This document shows, in pieces, positions 12,330 to 24,174 of a DNA stretch of 64,000 nt. The notes under the pieces were generated by a model. That model was not told where the DNA came from. It worked only from the letters and a program-made list of their open reading frames with translations, and ran no database searches. The DNA is from Camelus ferus (taxonomy: Eukaryota): NCBI RefSeq assembly GCF_009834535.1, contig NC_045696.1, positions 98,334,001 through 98,398,000 of the forward strand, written 5' to 3'. Numbering within the stretch: position 1 is the stretch's first letter; the number at the start of each line of letters is the position of its first letter. A program made the position numbers and the translations under genes.

Positions 12330-12960
12330 TGATATCAAATTTTAACATTTTGGAACCCTTCAGAATTCTTTCTCTATCCACTTAATTATTTCTCTAAATG
12401 TGTACCTTTTTCTGTTTTTTTTTTCCTGCTTAGATGTGAATGGGCCCATTTAATCTAAAACGCCTATCTTCGAGTTTGGAAAGTTTTCTTCTGCAACTAT
12501 TATCTTGATTATTTTATTACCTCCTTGAGTCCTATTTTGTCTACCTGTAGTTACCTTTTATATTGTTAATTTCTATCTCTTTGTTTTTGTCTTAGAAGAT
12601 TTATTCAATCTTCTGTGTCACAGATTTGGTCTTCTGAAGTGTTTATTCTGTGATTCAGCATTTTTGAAATTTTTGTTAATAACTTTATGACCTACTTTTC
12701 CAAGAACATTTTCTCTTTCTTTGCTCCCTTTTTATAGCAGTATGTTTTAGTTTTATGGATGTCAAGTGTTGTCACATTTCTCTGACATTAATTTAGAATC
12801 ATTTCAAATTTCTCTTCTTCAGTATCACTGTTTCCTCTAGAGTTAGGGGCTCTGTATATTTATCATGGTCCTTTTCTCTCATACTGTTCATTTTCCTCAG
12901 ATGCTTACTGACTCTGGGTTGTCCTTTCAAATTTATGAAGGAAGAACTAGTTTGATAATT
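12330..12960 (-). mobile_element. Very old L1/HAL1-like remnant
   Basis: T-rich sequence with motifs such as ggaaagttttcttctgcaactatt and ttttcctcagatgcttactgactctgggttgtc. Confidence 0.4.
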
Positions 12961-13201
12961 CTGGGCAACTCATATTGTGCTTCTTCTGCAGTTGGGTAGT
13001 CCAATTTACACAGATGGTCTCTCCCTGGACTGGCGGAGGCTAAATTAGGGCTTCCCTTTAGAGAGTGTGGGATAAATGAGGCCCCCAGGACTGATGAAGT
13101 TAGGAGTTCGTTATGTCAGGCTCTGTTTTGTTTATCTTTGGCGCTAACACCCATACTGGGATGGCTTGCCAGGATGGTCTTTCACTTTATTTGGAAATAT
13201 C

Positions 13202-13652
13202 TGTGCTGGTCTGGAGCCTGTGCCTCGGATTCATTCCTTGCCTTTGCTCTGCTCCTTATCACAGGAAAACTGGCTTGCAGGCTGTGTTTCCTGGGTCTCA
13301 TCTAAAGTGGTTCTGGCTGAGTTTGGCCAGTGGGGGACACAGAGGTGGCAGATTGGGATGTGGAGGAGGACAATGAAAAAGACCCTTCTCACCCTCCTTC
13401 TTCCTGTCTGTCTCAAGCAGTGTCTCCAGAAGTAGCTTCAGCTTTCCCCGACGTGCTTCCTCCAAGCTTCTACTGAGCGACCTTACCCTTTGCCATCAGG
13501 AACGTCACATCCACCCCGCTTCCTACTTTTGCCCTTTATCCCTGTGTGCCTCTCAGCAACACTATCCTCTGTGTACTTGGTTACCTGCATTAAATTCCTT
13601 CTAGTGTAAATGTATTTTTTTCTGCTTCCCTGGTTGGACCCTGACTGATACA
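13202..13652. mobile_element. ERVL-type solo LTR (LTR33-like)
   Basis: TG...CA ends; internal gtggttctggctgagtttggccagtggggg; terminal ccctggttggaccctgactgataca. Confidence 0.6.
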
Positions 13653-13894
13653 GTAGCCGGCTCTAGGGTGAGGACAAATTCTGCCGCTGCACTGTTTTGG
13701 GGGAGGGGAGAATGGCTGATTAGTCTAGATGCATTGTAGACATTTTTAAAATTTAATGTCTTGTTGATGATTGTCTGATAGCCTGCCACTACTCATGAAT
13801 GTCCTCCCTTCCATGAATCTGTTTTCTTGTAGAATTTCTTTAAAATTTTTAGTCTACTGAAAGAACCATTTCTTATCTTCATCACTTTTATTGA

Positions 13895-13965
13895 TTTCTT
13901 CCTCCTTCTCCCTCTCCCGCTTCCTCTCCTCCTTCTCCTGTCTCTTCTTCGTTTCCTTTTCTTCA
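13895..13965. repeat. Polypyrimidine (CCT/CT-rich) low-complexity tract
   Basis: Read directly; explains the Arg/Lys-rich ORF 13793-14083. Confidence 0.85.
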
Positions 13966-13967
13966 CT

Positions 13968-14180
13968 GGCAGTGAGCATAGGGGCTCCCTTCGTGGGCTC
14001 TGGATTAAAACCCTGACTCCACTAAATATGGTTTTGTGACTTAACACAAGTTCCTTAGCTTTTTTGTGCCTCCGTATGTTCACCCATAAAATGCGTGTTG
14101 CTGAAGATTAAATGATGTACGTTCAGAAGAGTGCCTGAAACATGATAGTTGCTCAGTAGAAACTAGCTAGTATTATTTTA
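13968..14180 (+). mobile_element. MIR
   Basis: tgtgacttaacacaagttccttagc...tgtgcctc...ataaaatg...tgaagattaaatga...gtgcctgaaacatgatagttgctcagta. Confidence 0.75.
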
Positions 14181-17100
14181 GCTGCTGTTATTACTGTTTT
14201 TAACATTTTAATCAGATTTTGGGAAGGAAGGTTGATAAATGCCTGAGTTCAGTCCACAATTTGAACTGGAAGCATGCAGCCTGATTTCAAACTGTTAGAA
14301 TGTTAATTAGCATGTGTTGAAACAGCACATACAGAGGGAAAAGTGCAAAGGAAAATGGATAAACTTGCTCTTGATAAGGTCAAGAAGATAGGCGGTGATT
14401 ACAGAGAGCAGCCTAACAGTTAACATTTGCATGTGGACGCGGCATCAAATATTTTTTCAAAGTAAGTAGCCTGCTCTCTAAGACTTGCTTTTCCTCCATC
14501 CCTGCTTCTTTTCTAGCTCTATTTCTGTATCGAAGCTTTCTTTTCTAGGATGAAGTAAGGGTTTTCTTTCCCAGATGCAGTTTTAAACGTCTGCAATAAT
14601 AATTCATATTGGCACTATCCCTTCTCTATAATTGTTTTTGTAATCTGCTGAAATAAGTCTTCAACAGGAGGTAAATAACATGCAACAAAATGTTCTGTTT
14701 TTTATAAGCCCTGAGAAATTTTTTTCTCATATTTGTACAAAATGGCATGTAAAACTCAACAATAACATAGGTTGAGCCAGTTCTTGACAATAACGTAGGT
14801 TGAGCCAATTCTGATTCTTTGGGATTTTTCTTTCATTTTTATCAATAATTCAACTTGCAGTTTGGTTTTAATTTAATTGCAAGATTTAAGAGCAAAAGTT
14901 TCTTGGAAGCTATCTGGATGCCAGGTTGATTATGTTACATTTTTTGTAGAAAATTTGTTTTTCCATATATAAAGGCCCTAAACTCCTGGCTGATACAGTC
15001 TCAAGTTTTTGTTTAATTCATATCTTGATGGCAAGAATCTTCTTGGGGAGAAAGTGACAGACTTTGAGAGCATAGAGATATGCTTAATGTCTGTATGATT
15101 CTGACTTTATTATGAAATTTCTCTTTTATGTAAAAAGTACTTTCTTGCTCAGCAGTTCATCAGCTACTATAAAAGCTATTTTTCTTTGTTCCTTATAATT
15201 CTTGTGAATCTTAAGTTGCAAAATTATTTGAAAACCAAAAGTAAGTTATGATAGATGTATAAGGAAATACTATATTTTGGAATAAATGCAAAATTCACAC
15301 TGGAAGTTGTAAAAGAAAAAAAGGACTTAAAGAATTATTTTCTTTAATATCGACTATTTTAAAAAGTTTGATTTTAATATAATTTTTTAAAGTTGTATTT
15401 TATACATGAAGCATTCTCAAAATGATATGCTTATGCCATATGTCAATTCTCCTTTAACTGAAAAAAGTATATGAAAAAAGTGTATATCTGAAGACAACAT
15501 GGAAAAAAATCTGCATGAACTTTGTGCCTTTTTGCTTTTCTGGTTGTTTTTGTTGCTGAGCGTTTGTTTAAAAATATCTATATGATGAGGAATAAGTGAC
15601 TACAGGTCCCATGGTATTACAGCTGTAAGACTCTAAACCTATCAAAACACATTTATTATGCCTTAAAAAATACTTTACAAAATGCACTTTGTACTAAATA
15701 GTGAAAGATTTGAGCATGGGGATAAACTTGACCAAATTTTTCATTGTTGTTGTTCTTTGAAAAAGTCAGTACTTGCCAAAATGTACATCTGTTTGTTCTA
15801 CTGTGGTTAATAATCTGTTTCTTGGAGTTTTCAGTATCCCTTTGGGTTTATGCACATGTGGCAAACTCTTTTTTCATGAGAATGAGTGAAAACTTAATCT
15901 CAATAATCCAAAAACAACTCTAAACGTTGTCTATTTATTTGTGTTCAAAAGCCTCAGCAATTTTAGTTCCAATTCAAGAATCCAAGGAAGGAAAAGAACA
16001 CACTGTGCCTTAGGAAGTATCTGGGATACTTCAGAAGTTTAGTGACCTATGGGGAATATTTCCAGTGAAGTAGGTCCTAGTAATTGCTGGGAGACACAGT
16101 GGAATGTCAGAAACTAAAAAGTTGGCAAAGTGATGATCCTTAAACAACCATATCCTCCTAATTACAGTTGTCAATTTTGTAAAACAAATGTTTGACAATA
16201 GTGAAATGAAGAATAAATTATTCTAAATAGGTACAAGCCCTTCTTCTTGATCTGTCTACATGGTCAGTTGTTTTATTCGGAAATTAAAAAATAATATAAT
16301 TTACATATGACTACATCAGAGAGAAATGTAAATAATTGCAGCAAAATATAATTTTAACCATTAATCTCAGCTGAATAAGACTAATGAAGTTTAATGAAGA
16401 CTCTTCTATTCCTGTACACAAAATGCCAATTACATCTATTCTTTCTGAAGAACAGGATCTCCAGACACATTTACTTCAATAAAATGAGTTTATTAAGCCT
16501 AGTCTAAATAGAAGACAATCCAGAGAGTGAATAAACAGAAATATTCAAGGGCATAATGTTTATGAAACAGTGTATCATGTATTTAATTCAAGGAAATAAT
16601 TGATATTTCAGGAGATTTCAGGATTAAAGACAGTTATAAAAAAGGTAAAAATATGATGTATATGTATGCACCCGTATCAAGTTTTGAAAAATACTGTTAT
16701 AGTAATATGAGAGCCAATGCTACCATATATATATTTCTACTTGACATAATATACACATATATTTAGCACAATGGAAAATGACGGTAATATAATCTTTTCA
16801 TCATGTGGAAATGGGAAGTGGAAGACAGTTTAGAAACTCAGTTCACCTCCTACGCACACACACACACAGCCCAGACACACCCACCATATTGGGTGAATCC
16901 TACCTTCAAGATGATGTACTATCATCAAAAGTTATGATATGTATTTTCTCTTTCAATGTTTTCAGTATTTTTTCTTTTATATTCCCATTTTGAGATTTCC
17001 ATCGTATTTCGCGTATCACCTGTATTATTATTTGCTGAAAACAACTTAATTTTAAAATGTAAGTTTATCAAAAGAGAAATCTCACTGTCCCTACTATACA

Positions 17101-18199
17101 GTCAGCATCATTTGCAGTACATAGGCAACAAAAACAAAATAATAATAATAAGTTCTAGCTAGATGTTGTTGCCCACCAAATGTTCTGAGCACAAGGCCTG
17201 CTTTCTCTGAGTTAAAACGTTAGGTGTTAAAGGCTAGCTCCAAACTGAGACTTTTTTTCCTGATGGGATTAAAAGATTGAAGGAAAATATGAAAGGAAAT
17301 AACTTTCTTATTATGATTTTTTAATAATCGTCATTTTCCTAGTTAGAGTACCACCTGACATCAACAGTCTCGCTTAACAGAGTCATCTCAAGTGCCAGTA
17401 GCATCCCACCCTGTGGGAGGCATTGCTGTTCTTCAGTCTCTTTTTCTCCTGTTTTAGATAGGAGAATGAGAAGAAGTGAGGTGGCTCAGTAAATGTGTTT
17501 TTCTATTTTCTTCGGTGGGCAGGACATATAAATAATGGGAAGAGTGGGCTAGCTAATCCAGCAGAGATGAAAAGAGCTTATTAAACAGCCTGCATCATTG
17601 GTATAAGATTGGCAACTCCGTATACGAGATGTCACCAGTAATGGAGCATCTCTTTTCTTTACTGCCCAATAATGCCCCAGGACTGGAAGACAAACGTGAA
17701 CTTGGGATTGGAAGCTAATAAATGGGACACTTTTTCTAAGAGGCCGAGAGTAGCAGGGTTAATGAATTACAGATGAGGTTGTTTACATGGGTGAGCACTG
17801 TTTGCTTTTCCTGTCATCAATTTTATCTTTTCCAGTAAGAGTAAGTACACTTGTGATGAAAGTGGGGGAGGGAAACTAACATAGCTCTAAAACAATGTTT
17901 AATTTTTTTTAAAAAAATCTGTACTTCTAAAAGAATGTTATTGCTGCCTCTTTTCTAGTGCTGAGAAAGGTTAATTTCTAGTTGACTCCTAATGCTTATA
18001 AGCTTTGATGCCTGATAGGAAACGTTTCTGAAGCAAGAGGTTCTTGTTCAGGGACAAAGTTGGTGTGGGCTCATGTTTGAGGGTGGGGCTGTGTGTGTTC
18101 TTTACTTTTTATACATCTGAGAGAAATTTTAGAAGTTATCTGGATCAGTATGGGGCATAGATATCAGAACAGGATTCTGGCATCTTCTGTTTCCTACTG

Positions 18200-19185
18200 T
18201 TAGAATTAGTATGAGCCAGGAAGGGGCAACTACTGAACTACAGATCCTCTCAGAGTTGGTCTTGAAAAACAATGGTGAAGGTGAATCCCCAGAAAAGGCA
18301 GGACTTCAGGTTGTCCATGTGGTTGAACATCTATTCTGGAAGGAAAGAAGGCCTGCATGGGAAAGTATTTGATAAACTGTGGCTAATGGATTGATGCCTA
18401 TTTATTGGGTCCATTACAAAGTGGCCATGGCATCAAGAATGGAAGTTATACATGGGCTCAATGACATGGACCTGCTCTCACCAAGGCTGATCTGGCTTCC
18501 AGACACTCAACTGAGTGTTCAGCCTGACTGCAGCAAAGGATGACAGTGGGTTTCTGCACTACTTACAAAGGGAACAGCTTACTGCCGCTTGCTCTTCAGG
18601 GAGGAGGCAGCACTTGTCCACACAGGGACAGACTTATTCAGGAACACATTTTCCTTCCCTGCCTTCAAGGTGTCTGCCAGCATGTTGGTTCATGGATTTC
18701 TGATTGCTGTACCCATGGCACTCCATAGGACATCACCTCTGACCGGGGGCTCATTTCATAGTGAAGGAAGTGCGGCATTGGACTCATGGAATTCACTCTG
18801 GTCTTACTTTGTGCCCTATCCTCCCCAAATAGTTATTGTGACAAAACAATGTAATGGCATGAGGAAGGCTCAATTACAGTGTCAGGTGGGGAAAAATACT
18901 TTGGGAGGTTTAGAACCATTATGTAGAACGCAGCTAATATACCTTAAGCCAGCAGCTGATATTCAGTTCTATCTACATAGTCAGCATATGTCTAGGAGCC
19001 AAGGATGGAGATGAGATTGGCTTTTTATCACAATTTTGACTAATAATGCACTGATGGAGTATCTTTCTTTTGTCTTCATGACCCTGGGCTCACTGAATTT
19101 TAAAGATCTAGAGAGGACTGCTTCTACTAGAAGACTCAATCATACTTTTGATAAATTAGATGCTCCCTGGCTATTTTGGGTTCTA
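18200..19185 (+). mobile_element. Decayed ERVL internal region: pol RNase H and integrase, then the start of dUTPase
   Basis: From about 18420 it reads SGHGIKNGSYTWAQ*HGPALTKADLA, matching remembered ERV-L integrase (GHGGRDGGYAWAQQHGLPLTKADLA); later TYSG and WSY motifs; many stops and frameshifts. Confidence 0.85.
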
Positions 19186-19199
19186 AATTCTTCTAAACC

Positions 19200-19315
19200 A
19201 TTCATCTATCTTTGGGCTTCTGGTAGAGTTCAAGCAATGAAGAGCCCTTGTGGGAGAGTGGAGGGAGGAGGAAATGTGAAGTCAGGGTGTTTATTTTCCT
19301 AGACCCCCTTCTCGT
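19200..19315. mobile_element. ERVL LTR fragment (LTR33/LTR41-like)
   Basis: ggagggaggaggaaatgtgaagtcagggtgtttattttcc. Confidence 0.4.
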
Positions 19316-19454
19316 AATTAGCAGATTAGGGACTACTTGGTGTTTGCCCCTCATCTTATATTTGAGAAACTTGGACTGAGAAATGATGTGATTTACACAG
19401 AGGAAAAATTTTAAAAGATTTTATTAGATTAAGCCTCAGGTAGAGTCTGATTAG

Positions 19455-19692
19455 GCCAGAGGTAGTAAACTCAAATAGCATTCTGTGCGATCAAATGTCA
19501 GACAGGTCGGGGAAGGTGATTTGGTCAGTAGAAGCATGAGTATCACATGAATTGTTGGGAACTGGAGAGGGCATTATCCCCTCTCCAAATGCAGCACCTT
19601 CTACTTAGTGTTAGCTGGCTGCCACACAGGTGGGAATGCAGGGGCCAGTGCTGGCGTGTGGAGTTTTTGAGAAAACCTGAAAAATCTGGATT
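19455..19692. mobile_element. Old hAT-type MER fragment
   Basis: ggggccagtgctgg...tttttgagaaaacctgaaaaatctggatttt resembles remembered MER internal sequence; family uncertain. Confidence 0.3.
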
Positions 19693-20890
19693 TTTTTTAT
19701 TCAAGTATAATTGACTTACAATATTGTGTTAGCTTCAGATGTACAACAAAGTGATTCAGTATTTTTATATATTTCAAAATGATCACCATGATAAGTCTAC
19801 TTACCATCTGTCACCACACAAATTTATTACAATTTATTATTGGCTGTATTCCCTGTGCTGTGTATTAAATTCCTGGGACTTATTTATACCTGGAAGTTTG
19901 TGCCTCTTAATCTCCCTCACCTATTTCATTCATCCTTCCCAGGGCCTTCCCCTCTGGCAGCCACTGATTTGTTCTCTGTATCTGAGTCTGTTTCTGTTTA
20001 GTTATTCTTTTAAACTGTAGTGTAGTTGATTTACAGTATTATATTAGTTTCAGGTGTATAGCATTGTGAGTCAATATTTTACAGACTATACTCCATTAAA
20101 AGTTATTACAAGATAATGGTTATAATTCCCTGTGCTGTATAATATATCCTTGTTGTTTATCTATTTTATATATAGTTTGTATCTCTTCATTTCATACCCC
20201 TGACTTTCCCCTTTCCCTCTCCCCTTTGGTAACCACCAGTTCGGTTTCTGTATCTGTGAGTCTGTTTCTGTTTTGCATATACATTGGTTTACATTAATTT
20301 TAAATTCTACATATAAGTGATATCATACAGTATTTGTCTTTCTCTGACATTTCTTTAAACAATATTTTCAAGATCCATCCACGTTGCTGCAAAAGGCAGA
20401 ATTTCATTGTTTTTTATAGCTGAATAATATTCCATTGTATGTATGTGTGTGTGTGTGTATATATATAAAATCATCTTTATACATTTGTCTGCTGATAGAC
20501 ATCTAGGTAGCTTTCATATCTTGGCTATTATAAATATTGCTGCTATGAATATTGTGGTTCATGTACCTTTTTGAATTAGTGTTTTCATTTTTTCCCAGTG
20601 TTTTCATTTTTTCCAGATGTATACCCAGAAGTAAAATTGCTGAATCATATGGTAGTTTTATTTTTAGTTTTTTGAGGAACTTTCATAGTGTTTTCCATAG
20701 TGGCTGCACCAATTTACATTCCTTCCAACCGTGTATGAGGGTTCCCTTTTCTCCACATCCTCTTCAGCATTTGTTTGCAGACTTTTTATAATAGCCATTC
20801 TGATAGATGTGAGGTGATTTCTCATTGTGGTTTTAATTTGTATTTCTCTAACAATTAGGAATGTTGCACATCTTTTTGTGTGTCTATTTA
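19693..20890 (-). mobile_element. Two stacked L1 3' ends (19693-20005 and 20010-20890); the second extends into the ORF2 C-terminus
   Basis: Both start with an antisense L1 terminus (ttga[c/t]ttaca[a/g]tatt) and contain ttccctgtgctgt and gagtctgtttctgttt; REIQIKTTMRNHLT occurs in ORF 20664-21182. Confidence 0.88.
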
Positions 20891-21774
20891 TAATTAAAAC
20901 AATTCTCAGGTTTTTTCGGGGGTAAACATGCCATACAACAAATTGAGGAAAGGCATGAGGAGGTGTAGCTAGTTGTACAGGGAGGGTGGGGTATCTAGAG
21001 AGAAAGGTAGCATGCTCAATTGGAGATATAACTGAAGGTATACAGACGACTAAAGCAACTACAAATTTGGGTGTGACTTTTTGAAGTCGGGTCAACTGGG
21101 AGCAGCAACTGGGATTTGAGATCCTGATGATCAGTGAGGTGAGAAGCAAAGAGAGATAATTAGGATACCCAGGGAGCATCAACCTTTAAAGTGGCACTTT
21201 TTAACCTTACTCCCCACAGAAAACCCTTTCATAATGATAATGCATCACTGCAAGGTACACAGGAGTTCAGTACTTACAACACGTGCTGAGAAGAATGTAG
21301 AAAGCAATGTATGATTTTTTTCTGGTAAACTAATTGCAGCAGTATATGAAAACACAATGTTTGTATGCATGTTTTTACTTATAACAAAACCAAAAATTAC
21401 CATAATAAAAACTTAGACACATATTTTTATTTTTTGACAATAAAATGTATCAACATTTTAATAGAATATAACATACTGGATTTTCTAATATCGTAATGAC
21501 ATCTCTATGTGTGATTTATTTTGTTTTGTTGCTTGCTTCGTTTACACCCTCATTTTTCATTAGGGACCGTGTTGCTGAGCTGGACTCTCATATTGATTGC
21601 CCCTTCAAGACTACTTCCATATTGGGCTTTCATTGCAACGTAGTGTGAATTTGCTGTTTCATGCAAATATGTTGTGGGAAAGGTAAAAATATACACATTT
21701 TAGAAAATCCTGCTACTCCTTAATTAGGCTGATCAAGAATTACTAATTGCTTCTTTTTGGAGATCTCACTTTCC

Positions 21775-21900
21775 CTTTTTTTCTTTTTCTTCTTTTTATT
21801 AAATTATAGTTGGTTTACAATATTATGTTAATTTCTGGTGTACGGCATAATGATTCAGTTATCTATCTACCTATACATATATAGATATATGTATATGTCT
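21775..21900 (-). mobile_element. Very short L1 3' end
   Basis: T-tract then tatagttggtttacaatattatgttaatttctggtgtacggcataatgattcag. Confidence 0.8.
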
Positions 21901-22137
21901 TCCTTACATCACTTTTTTCAAATACAACAAAATTTGTGCTTATCTTCATTTTCACTTGTTGAGAGATATTTTGAAAACTAAAATTTTTCTTTTCATTTAA
22001 ATATTTCTTCTCTTAGCCACAAATTAATGAGGCCTGACTTTGTGTAAACATAAACATTTAATATAGAGTAAATATTGTGTGATACTATGAGTTTGTGTAT
22101 TATAAATATTTGATACAGGATAAAGATTAAATAGTAT

Positions 22138-22272
22138 CTATTCATTCAATAAATATTTATTGCATTTGTACTTTGTACAAATTCTCTTTTAGGTATTTGA
22201 TAAATAACCATAAATAAAATAGATAAAACCCTCTACCTTTATGAATCTTATATTTTGGTGGGGAGAAACACA
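22138..22272 (-). mobile_element. L2 3' end
   Basis: attcattcaataaatatttattg...ccctctacctttatgaatcttatattttggtgggg. Confidence 0.75.
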
Positions 22273-22289
22273 AAAGTGAAAATTTACGT

Positions 22290-22955
22290 GTCTGGACAAA
22301 TCACATTGTTGAGTGTCTAGATTTCATTGTCTTCCTTTAAAGAGCACTTGTGGATCAGCTTCATTCTTTCCAAGCTTGCTTTTACGTTTTGTCAGGGAGG
22401 GTACAGGGTAGCTTTTATTCTAGAGATAGTTTAGTCCTACTACCAAGATGTGGCCACTTTTGGGGTTCCTACTGAATGTACTGGGTGTTCAATGAGGTCT
22501 TCCCACTCTGACTGGTCAAAACAGGAATGCCTCCTGCCCCTATGCAAGCTATGGAAAATGTTCCCCTTTAACTCCCCAGTCATCCATGCCTGTGCTCGTG
22601 GAGATTCACCCTATGCCTGCCTAGCTTACTATTCACACAAAGATGCAAGAAGATTCTTATGCATATTTCTAGTGCTTTTTCTCTGCATAGCTCCCCTCTC
22701 TGCAGATCTTTGACTTCTTGACCCAGTGAGACAGCTGTGCTTTGCCTGGGAGCCCTTAGCTAGGTCACAATCTTGAAAGCGCCTCCAAACAGAAACCCAG
22801 GGCCCACATTGGAGGGCCCACATCATATACTTTTCTTCTCTGAAGAAACACAATCCTGAGCTATTGTCAAATGTCATGTATTTTTGTCTAGTTGTCCAGT
22901 TTTTTGCTGTGGGAGGGCAAGTCTGGAGCCTGTCACTCTGTCATAGACAGAAGGG
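22290..22955 (-). mobile_element. Old L1 (L1MC/MD-like) 5' region
   Basis: Shares motifs with 31850-32900 (cttgctttta.gttttgt, cactct.gctggt, gggccca, terminal cctgtc.ct...gaag). Confidence 0.6.
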
Positions 22956-23809
22956 TCCTTTTTGACCCTTGGAATGTCACTTTCCTCACTGTAGTGTAAT
23001 TGATTTGATTTTTTAAGTAAAAAATAAAATCCCCAAACAACCTCAGCAAATTTTCTGTGCCTCTGCAATTACAAGGCAACATTAAAATTGTCATAAAGGC
23101 AATACGGGCTCAGTTCAGAAGAAGAGATGACAACTCTGAAGTGGTCCTGGTAGGATCTACAGAGGAGAGATTGCAAAGCTCAAAGAGATAAATTTGAGTA
23201 AAAATATTAAAAAATAATAAGGCTAGTACTGTGTGTGTACATGTGTGCATGGGTGCCGTGCACTCCAATTTGGCTGGAGTACAGGTCATCTAGGAAAACA
23301 GGTGATGATAGGAGGAGAATTGTAAGTCAGGACAACTGTAGAGGGGTTTGTAGATTAAGTGGAAAGGATGTTCTTAGTATTTGAACAAGACACCAGTCTA
23401 ATAGGCTTGGAGATCAAGCAGGCTCTTCTCTTTGTCTGTTTGGGCTATTGAGTCAATTCTGAAACACAAGGAGAGATGTCAGTTCCTGAGAACACTTTTC
23501 CATTGCCAGTGCCATCCTTGTCCCCAGGTCTGTTTTGCATTTGTGATATCAAGCAGTAGTAAACATGTCTTAAAATAGCATCATGCCTTTCAATACAAAG
23601 GTTCTTAATGTACTTTTTGTCCCACACATAAATAAATCCTGTAGGAGTACTCACTCCATAATGTGCTGAAAGGCAGCCATTTCTGGGAAAGAGAGAAAGA
23701 CCTAATAACTGTTTACAGACTAAAAGTAATAGCAATGAGAAGAAAATGTATCTCTTGTGACCCTTCTTAGTTTAGCGCTCTCCTTTCTCCACCCATGTCT
23801 GTTGCCTGT

Positions 23810-23844
23810 TTCTCTCTCTCTCTCTTTCACACACACACACACAC
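23810..23844. repeat. (CT)n(CA)n compound microsatellite
   Basis: Read directly. Confidence 0.9.
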
Positions 23845-24174
23845 CCCTGCACCTGAATGTATGCATAAACCTTTAGTAAACTGGAACAGTAGGGAATAAT
23901 ACAAACCTGTTTTTCCCACTCTCAGTGCACTCCACTCGGGTCCACCCCTGTTCAAGTAAAAACTAGAATATAAGAAAAGCCACAATAATTAGTTCAACCG
24001 TATTTCATTTCTGATAGAGACAGTCCAGTCCAATTTGCTTTCTGAAAGATTAGCATTAAAATGTATAAGATAAATTTCTAAACTACCTATAGTTCTTGAA
24101 TGACTTGTCATGGGCTATCAACACTAAATTACTAAGCCTTTCTTATATCTGTTTTGTAATTAACACATTAATTT

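Noticed and set aside
13793..14083. Arg/Lys-rich protamine-like ORF
   Set aside because: Product of a polypurine low-complexity tract plus a MIR
18589..19014. 141-aa ORF as a domesticated integrase
   Set aside because: Drifts in and out of the integrase frame; the upstream domain has stops
20664..21182. 172-aa ORF
   Set aside because: Chance read-through from unique DNA into frameshifted L1 ORF2
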